Shown one piece after another: positions 58,605 through 64,000 of a DNA stretch of 64,000 nucleotides. The stretch is taken from assembly GCA_902631785.1 (NCBI GenBank), contig CACOZT010000002.1, positions 18,996 through 82,995 of the forward strand. Direction: 5' to 3'. Under the pieces are notes generated by a model. That model searched no databases and was not told the origin of the DNA. It was given only the letters and a program-made list of their open reading frames with translations. The translations under genes and the position numbers were made by a program. Position 1 is the stretch's first letter, and each line of letters starts with the position of its first letter. The stretch is from an uncultured SAR86 cluster bacterium. Its GTDB lineage: Bacteria > Pseudomonadota > Gammaproteobacteria > Magnimaribacterales > D2472.

Positions 58605-60107
58605 ATGAGTGATAACAGGGATATCAATCTTCAGTCAACAAAAAGACAAAAAAGGATTTTACCTGAAGATTCTTTTGGAGATTGGAAGTGGAGAGAAGGT
58701 TTAGCGGAACTTATGGTTCCTATAATAGGCTCTTTATATAGGAATGGTATAAATATTCTGATTTATGGCAAATCTCTAGTAAATGAATCGCCAGTTGCAA
58801 TTATGAAAGCGCATCGCTTTGCTAGACAATCTGATAATAATGAATTGAGTGAATTAGAAACTTATCCAATATTAAAATATATTCAAACACTAAATTTAGC
58901 TGATTGTGAAATAGATGTTGGTGAAATTGCGGTTAAATGTCCTTTTTTTGATGAAATAAAGAAAGATGATTCAAAAATTCAAAGTTATATTGACGATGAA
59001 TTAAAGTCTGTTATAAATAAAAATTCAAATCGACCATCAGAACCAGCCAATATTGTTTTGTATGGTTTTGGTAGAATTGGAAGACTTGTTGCAAGAATGA
59101 TGACACAAACAACTGGACCTGGTAATTATTTTAAGCTCAGAGCCATTGTTATAAGAAAAGCAACTGACGATGATATTTTTAAAAGGGCTAGTTTATTAAC
59201 AAAAGATTCAGTTCATGGACCCTTCGACGGCACAGTTAGAGTTGATGAAGAAAATTCATCTTTGGTAATAAATGGAAATCCAGTAAAGATAATATATGCC
59301 TCAAGTCCTGAAAAAGTTAAATATGCAGACCACGATATAAAAGATCCAGTTGTTATTGATAATACTGGTATTTGGAGAGATGAAGAAGCATTATCTGTTC
59401 ATATTAACTCAGGAGCCTCAAAGGTCATTTTAACTGCGCCTGCTAAAGGTGATATCAAAAATATTGTCTATGGAATAAATGACGCTATTCTTGATGAAAA
59501 AGATCAACTCATTTCTGCGGCATCTTGTACAACTAATGCTATTGTTCCAGTTTTAAAAACTATAAATGATGAGTATGGTATAAATGGTGGTCATATTGAA
59601 ACAGTTCATGCCTATACAAATGATCAAAATCTAATTGATAATTTTCATAAAAAAGATAGGCGAGGCAGAGGTGCTCCATTAAATATGGTTATTACATCAA
59701 CTGGAGCTGTAAATGCTGTTGCAAAAGCTTTGCCTGAACTTAAAGGTAAATTAACCGGTAATGCTATTCGTGTTCCAACTCCAAACGTCAGTCTTGCAAT
59801 ATTATCGTTAGAATTAAATCAAAAAGTGACTGTTGATTCAGTTAACGATTATCTTAGATCTATAGCTTTTCATTCAAAATATAGAGAGATAATTGGGTAT
59901 GTAAATTCTTCAGAAATAGTTTCTACTGATTTTTATTCGTCACCATTTGCAACAATAATTGACTCTCAAGCAACAATAACAAATGATAAAAGAGTTACTC
60001 TTTATTGTTGGTACGACAATGAGTATGGATATACTAAACAAGTAATTAGTTTAGCTAAAAAAGTAGCTAAGATTGATCTCCCAAGATTACCTAAACCAAT
60101 TAGTTAA
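58605..60107 (+). CDS. Glyceraldehyde-3-phosphate dehydrogenase, long form with N-terminal extension
   Basis: 500 aa. GAPDH core starts near residue 140 (VLYGFGRIGRL); catalytic SAASCTTNA; WYDNEYGY. The preceding roughly 135 aa lie outside the canonical fold. Confidence 0.85.
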   Translation: MSDNRDINLQSTKRQKRILPEDSFGDWKWREGLAELMVPIIGSLYRNGINILIYGKSLVNESPVAIMKAHRFARQSDNNELSELETYPILKYIQTLNLADCEIDVGEIAVKCPFFDEIKKDDSKIQSYIDDELKSVINKNSNRPSEPANIVLYGFGRIGRLVARMMTQTTGPGNYFKLRAIVIRKATDDDIFKRASLLTKDSVHGPFDGTVRVDEENSSLVINGNPVKIIYASSPEKVKYADHDIKDPVVIDNTGIWRDEEALSVHINSGASKVILTAPAKGDIKNIVYGINDAILDEKDQLISAASCTTNAIVPVLKTINDEYGINGGHIETVHAYTNDQNLIDNFHKKDRRGRGAPLNMVITSTGAVNAVAKALPELKGKLTGNAIRVPTPNVSLAILSLELNQKVTVDSVNDYLRSIAFHSKYREIIGYVNSSEIVSTDFYSSPFATIIDSQATITNDKRVTLYCWYDNEYGYTKQVISLAKKVAKIDLPRLPKPIS

Positions 60108-60191
60108 AAACGTAGAATCCTAGGCGCTTTAGCCTTATAATTCTATTGTTTTTTATTGTTTCAAACGTAACTTTATAAAGGCACACAAAAA

Positions 60192-61508
60192 GTGATAAAA
60201 ATATCAAAAGGTCTTGATTTACCAATATCAGGCTCGCCTATAAATACAATCTCCGACGAACCTAAAGTTTCGTCTGTAGCACTATTGTCTAATGATTTTA
60301 TTGGCATGAAACCAACTATGTTAGTTAAAGAGGGAGATTCAGTTAAAGTTGGTCAAAAAATTTTTGAGGATAAAAAAAATATTGGTGTTTTTTTTACATC
60401 ACCTGCAGGTGGTATTGTAAAGAACATTAATAGGGGCGATAAAAGAAAATTTTTATCGATTGAAATTGAAATTGAAGATAATGAAGAATTTATAAGTTTT
60501 GAAATAGGTAAATCTCCTGATGAAATTAAAAAAAGTCTTATTGATTCTGGATTGTGGAATGCCTTCAGAACAAGACCCTTTAATAGAACACCTGGGATAA
60601 GCGATACTCCAAATGCAGTTTTTATAAACTGTTGCGACAGCAATCCACTTTCAATAGACCCCATTGAAATAATTTCTCATAACAAACTAGAATTTGATAT
60701 AGGTTTAGATGTTATATCGAATTTATTCGATTGTGATTTAAATCTGTCCTATCAAAATGATAATTTTGATACATCAAATGATAAGATCAATTATTATCAA
60801 TTTAAAGGTCCGCATCCATCTGGCTTATCAAGCACCCATATATCTAAAATTTATCCTGTAAATTTAAATAGAACCGTATGGACAATCAATTATCAAGATA
60901 TTATTTCTATAGGTTTTTTAAAAGAAAATAATCAAATAAGGACATCTAAATATATTTCTCTGGGAGGACCATCAGTTTACGAGCCGTCTTTACTTAAAAT
61001 TAGAATTGGGGGAAATATTGACGAAATTACTGCTGGCAAAGTGGAGCCTAATTCCAGAATAATCTCTGGATCCATTTTGCATGGTCATGAATCTGAGGGT
61101 GTTATGAATTATTTGGGTTATTATGATTCACAAATATCTGTCATTAAAGATGAAGTTAATGAAATATTTATGAATTGGTTAATGCCAGGCACTTCATTAC
61201 ATTCAAAATTAAATGTTTTTTTGTCATCATTTATTAAACCAGACAAATATATATTCAATACCTCTATCGGAGGTGGAAATAGGGCAATAGTTCCAATTTC
61301 TTCATACGAGGAAGTAATACCTATGGATATACTCGTTACACAGCTCTTAAAAGCATTAGTGGTATCAGATGTTGATATGGCAATTGATTTGGGTATGTTA
61401 GAACTTGTGCCTGAAGATTTGGCATTATGCTCATATGTCTGTCCAAGTAAGTATGATTATTCATCAATTTTGATGGATAATTTAAACAAACTGTATTTAG
61501 AATCATGA
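60192..61508 (+). CDS. nqrA: Na+-translocating NADH:quinone oxidoreductase subunit A
   Basis: 438 aa, GTG start. MIKISKGLDLPISG is the canonical NqrA N-terminus. Followed by nqrB, nqrC and nqrD. Confidence 0.9.
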   Translation: MIKISKGLDLPISGSPINTISDEPKVSSVALLSNDFIGMKPTMLVKEGDSVKVGQKIFEDKKNIGVFFTSPAGGIVKNINRGDKRKFLSIEIEIEDNEEFISFEIGKSPDEIKKSLIDSGLWNAFRTRPFNRTPGISDTPNAVFINCCDSNPLSIDPIEIISHNKLEFDIGLDVISNLFDCDLNLSYQNDNFDTSNDKINYYQFKGPHPSGLSSTHISKIYPVNLNRTVWTINYQDIISIGFLKENNQIRTSKYISLGGPSVYEPSLLKIRIGGNIDEITAGKVEPNSRIISGSILHGHESEGVMNYLGYYDSQISVIKDEVNEIFMNWLMPGTSLHSKLNVFLSSFIKPDKYIFNTSIGGGNRAIVPISSYEEVIPMDILVTQLLKALVVSDVDMAIDLGMLELVPEDLALCSYVCPSKYDYSSILMDNLNKLYLES

Positions 61509-62734
61509 AAATTTTAAGAAATTATCTTGATGATATTAAACCAAACTTTGTAAGTGATGGCAGATATGTTAAGTGGTTTCCTTTGTTTGATGCAATTGAA
61601 AATTTACTCTTCTCATATGGCAAAAAAACTAAAAACCCAATACATGTTAGAGATGCTGTAGATATTCAAAAAGTAATGGTTACAGTTTGGTTAGCTACAT
61701 TTCCTGCAATGTTTTTTGGTATGTATAACCTTGGAGCTAATTCTCTTGAATATTTAGAATCAATCAATCAACAAAATACAGGTGATTGGCATCATTATTT
61801 CGTAAGTATTGTTGGTTACGATGCAAATAGTTTTGTTAGTAAATTATGGTTTGGTGCATGCTATTTTTTACCAATATATTTTGTTGTTTTCACTGTTGGC
61901 ATTGCTTGGGAAGCTTTATTTGCAATTATTAGAAAACATGAGATAAATGAAGGTGCTTTTGTTTCAACAGTTTTATTTGCTTTAAGTTGTCCACCTGACA
62001 TACCTCTTTGGCAAGCTGCTATGGGTATATCATTTGGTTTGGTTATAGGAAAAGAAATATTTGGTGGAACTGGTAAAAATTTTTTAAATCCTGCATTAAC
62101 TGGCAGAGCTTTTCTTTATTTTGCTTATCCAGCACAAATATCAGGTGATAAAGTTTGGGTTGCAGGCATTTCAGATTACAACATAATTCCTGAAGGTTAT
62201 AGCGGTGCAACGGCTCTTGGTGTAGCTGCTGAAAGTGGGATGGCTGGCATAACAAGTTCATATACCTGGATGGATGCATTCTTAGGCAATATACCTGGTT
62301 CTGTTGGTGAAACATCAATCATTGCTATTATGATTGGATTAGCTGTTTTATTGGTTACTAAAGTTGCATCTTATAGAATTGTTTTAGGGACTTTTGTTGG
62401 AATGATATTAATGTCATCACTTTTAAATATAGTTGGCTCTGATACTAATCCAATGTTTGCTATTCCGTGGTATTGGCATGCTGTTATAGGAAGTTTTGCT
62501 TTTGGATTGGTATTTATGGCTACAGAACCAGTATCAGGATCTGGAACTAATACAGGCAGATGGATATACGGAATTGTAATTGGAGTTACAGTTATTCTAA
62601 TAAGAGTTATTAATCCAGCATTCCCTGAGGGAATGATGTTGGCAATTCTATTTGCAAATCTTTTAGCGCCTGTTATTGATCATATGGTTGTAATGTCTAA
62701 CATTAAAAGAAGAAAGGCTTTGTTCAATGAATGA
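61505..62734 (+). CDS. nqrB: Na+-translocating NADH:quinone oxidoreductase subunit B
   Basis: 409 aa, polytopic. GKEIFGGTGKNFLNPAL and the SGATAL FMN-attachment region. Confidence 0.9.
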   Translation: MKILRNYLDDIKPNFVSDGRYVKWFPLFDAIENLLFSYGKKTKNPIHVRDAVDIQKVMVTVWLATFPAMFFGMYNLGANSLEYLESINQQNTGDWHHYFVSIVGYDANSFVSKLWFGACYFLPIYFVVFTVGIAWEALFAIIRKHEINEGAFVSTVLFALSCPPDIPLWQAAMGISFGLVIGKEIFGGTGKNFLNPALTGRAFLYFAYPAQISGDKVWVAGISDYNIIPEGYSGATALGVAAESGMAGITSSYTWMDAFLGNIPGSVGETSIIAIMIGLAVLLVTKVASYRIVLGTFVGMILMSSLLNIVGSDTNPMFAIPWYWHAVIGSFAFGLVFMATEPVSGSGTNTGRWIYGIVIGVTVILIRVINPAFPEGMMLAILFANLLAPVIDHMVVMSNIKRRKALFNE

Positions 62735-63500
62735 ATCAATTATTAAAACTATAGGAGTTGCATTTGCAGTATGTCTAGTTTGCTCATTAGTAGTCTCTAC
62801 TTCTGCAGTAAGCTTAAGAGATCTTCAAAAAGAAAATAAACTCAATGATAAAAGAATTAAAATTCTTCAAGTTGCTGATATATATGACCCAAATACGTCT
62901 ATAGCAGAACAATTTTCTGAGTTAGAGTCGAAATTTATTGACTTTAATACTGGTTTAACAATGGATGAGTATAATAATTTCAATATAGATGATTACGATC
63001 AAATTTTAGTCACAAAAGATCCAAATTTCTCGACTAAGGTTCCAGCATCTGAAGATATTGCGATTATTAAAAATAGAGAAAATGTTGGAAAAATTTATAT
63101 ATTAAGGAATGAGTTAGGCGGTATTGATAAACTAGTTTTACCAATTCGTGGATATGGGTTATGGGGAACTTTATACGGTTATATTTCTATTGAAGATGAT
63201 TTTAATACTGTTTCGGGTATTGAATTTTATGATCATAAAGAAACTCCTGGCTTAGGTGCAGAAGTTGACAATCCAAAATGGAAAGCTCAATGGAGAGGAA
63301 AAAAAATATACAAAGATAATCAAGTTAATTTATCTGTAATCAAAGGCAAAGTTGAAGAGGGCGATTCAGATTCATCATATAAAATTGATGGTCTATCTGG
63401 GGCAACCATTACAAGCAGAGGTGTATCAAATATGGTAGCTTACTGGTTTGGTGAGTCAGGTTATTCATCATTATTAAGAGAGTTAGATTATGAATCTTAA
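62727..63500 (+). CDS. nqrC: Na+-translocating NADH:quinone oxidoreductase subunit C
   Basis: 257 aa. Single N-terminal TM helix, [11 protein letters not shown]-attachment motif [10 protein letters not shown]. Confidence 0.9.
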   Translation: MNESIIKTIGVAFAVCLVCSLVVSTSAVSLRDLQKENKLNDKRIKILQVADIYDPNTSIAEQFSELESKFIDFNTGLTMDEYNNFNIDDYDQILVTKDPNFSTKVPASEDIAIIKNRENVGKIYILRNELGGIDKLVLPIRGYGLWGTLYGYISIEDDFNTVSGIEFYDHKETPGLGAEVDNPKWKAQWRGKKIYKDNQVNLSVIKGKVEEGDSDSSYKIDGLSGATITSRGVSNMVAYWFGESGYSSLLRELDYES

Positions 63501-64000
63501 ACAGTATCAAGATGTAATAATAAAACCTCTTATTGATGAAAATCCAATAACGCTTCAAATACTTGGTATTTGTTCTGCATTGGCAGTTACAAATAATCTT
63601 TCTGTGACTCTAGTAATGTGTGCAGCTGTAATAAGCGTAGTTTCTTTTTCAAATTTATTTATATCTTTAATTAGAAACTATATTCCTTCCAGCATTAGAA
63701 TTATCGTTCAAATGACAATCATAGCTTCACTAGTAATAGTCGTTGATGAATTGTTAAAAGCTTACGATTATGAGACTAGTAAAAAGCTTTCTGTGTTTGT
63801 GGGTTTAATTATTACTAATTGCATTGTAATGGGTCGTGCTGAAGCTTTTGCCATGAAACAAAAACCTCTATTAAGCTTCTTAGATGGCCTGGGTAATGGT
63901 ATTGGATATAGTTTAATTTTAATTGGAGTTGCAACTATCAGAGAACTCTTTGGGGCAGGAACTTTATTTGGTTACGAGATACTCCCACTAATTTCCAACG
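63490..64000 (+). CDS. nqrD: Na+-translocating NADH:quinone oxidoreductase subunit D (partial, runs off window)
   Basis: Not in the ORF track because it is open-ended. My hand translation begins [37 protein letters not shown]..., the conserved NqrD/RnfE-type N-terminus. Overlaps the nqrC stop. Confidence 0.85.
   Translation, partial: MNLKQYQDVIIKPLIDENPITLQILGICSALAVTNNLSVTLVMCAAVISVVSFSNLFISLIRNYIPSSIRIIVQMTIIASLVIVVDELLKAYDYETSKKLSVFVGLIITNCIVMGRAEAFAMKQKPLLSFLDGLGNGIGYSLILIGVATIRELFGAGTLFGYEILPLISN

Noticed and set aside
201-62318. About 35 short ORFs (61-104 aa) in the supplied track lie inside, and antisense or out of frame to, long well-supported genes. They are: 201-461, 1086-1325, 3352-3594, 5625-5822, 6300-6488, 7409-7621, 8138-8368, 9741-9974, 10549-10803, 15407-15598, 23537-23725, 24284-24493, 24923-25114, 25945-26163, 26701-27015, 27244-27429, 32906-33154, 33290-33499, 34740-34964, 35261-35467, 37653-37922, 39757-39984, 40285-40494, 40993-41190, 43572-43841, 43842-44051, 44702-44941, 45077-45286, 49691-49912, 51434-51739, 51792-52031, 51964-52179, 54015-54242, 60353-60664 and 62043-62318.
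   Set aside because: Each is fully or largely embedded in a longer ORF with clear family motifs. Their translations are low-complexity or hydrophobic shadow sequences with no recognisable motifs, as expected by chance in AT-rich DNA.
1-64000. Looked across the whole window for CRISPR repeats, IS elements or transposases, integrases, prophage genes, restriction-modification genes, toxin-antitoxin pairs or other known defence systems.
   Set aside because: None found. All large ORFs are accounted for by housekeeping or transport functions, and no inverted-repeat-bounded element is evident.

Overview
The window is a densely packed, visibly AT-rich stretch of bacterial chromosome (about one-third G+C by eye, not computed). 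Nearly all of it is core housekeeping sequence. Gene content and local synteny are gammaproteobacterial: rne<>rluC-rpmF-fabD-fabG-acpP-mltG-tmk-holB, metG<>mrp, grxD/rnt, and mfd<>...gap-nqrABCD as in Pseudomonas. AT richness, tiny intergenic spacers, many 1-8 nt start/stop overlaps, a TonB-dependent receptor and several acyl-CoA enzymes fit a streamlined marine heterotroph such as SAR86, but that assignment is inference only. I call about 66 protein genes. One is a 56-aa Trm112/YcaR gene missing from the ORF track, and one is a partial nqrD at the right edge. There are also 3 tRNAs, all on the minus strand (Ser-GGA, Arg-UCG, Arg-ACG), a near-consensus LexA box inside a promoter, and three hairpin terminators. 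I found no rRNA, CRISPR array, transposase, integrase, phage gene or recognisable defence system. Nothing here can honestly be called a clear new system. The best leads are: (1) an orphan module beside tRNA-Ser (wHTH protein, membrane protein, then a LexA-box promoter driving an apparently leaderless 72-codon ORF), followed by a structured 257-bp spacer with a mini-ORF and a strong terminator abutting a DMT transporter gene; (2) a translationally coupled MoxR ATPase / VWA protein / uncharacterised permease unit; (3) a TonB receptor + DUF3604/PHP-like hydrolase + parvulin-like protein + HupE/UreJ cluster; (4) several degenerate housekeeping proteins, namely NudC without its zinc cysteines, Mrp/ApbC without CXXC, and a short RNase E with a Lys/Asn tail.
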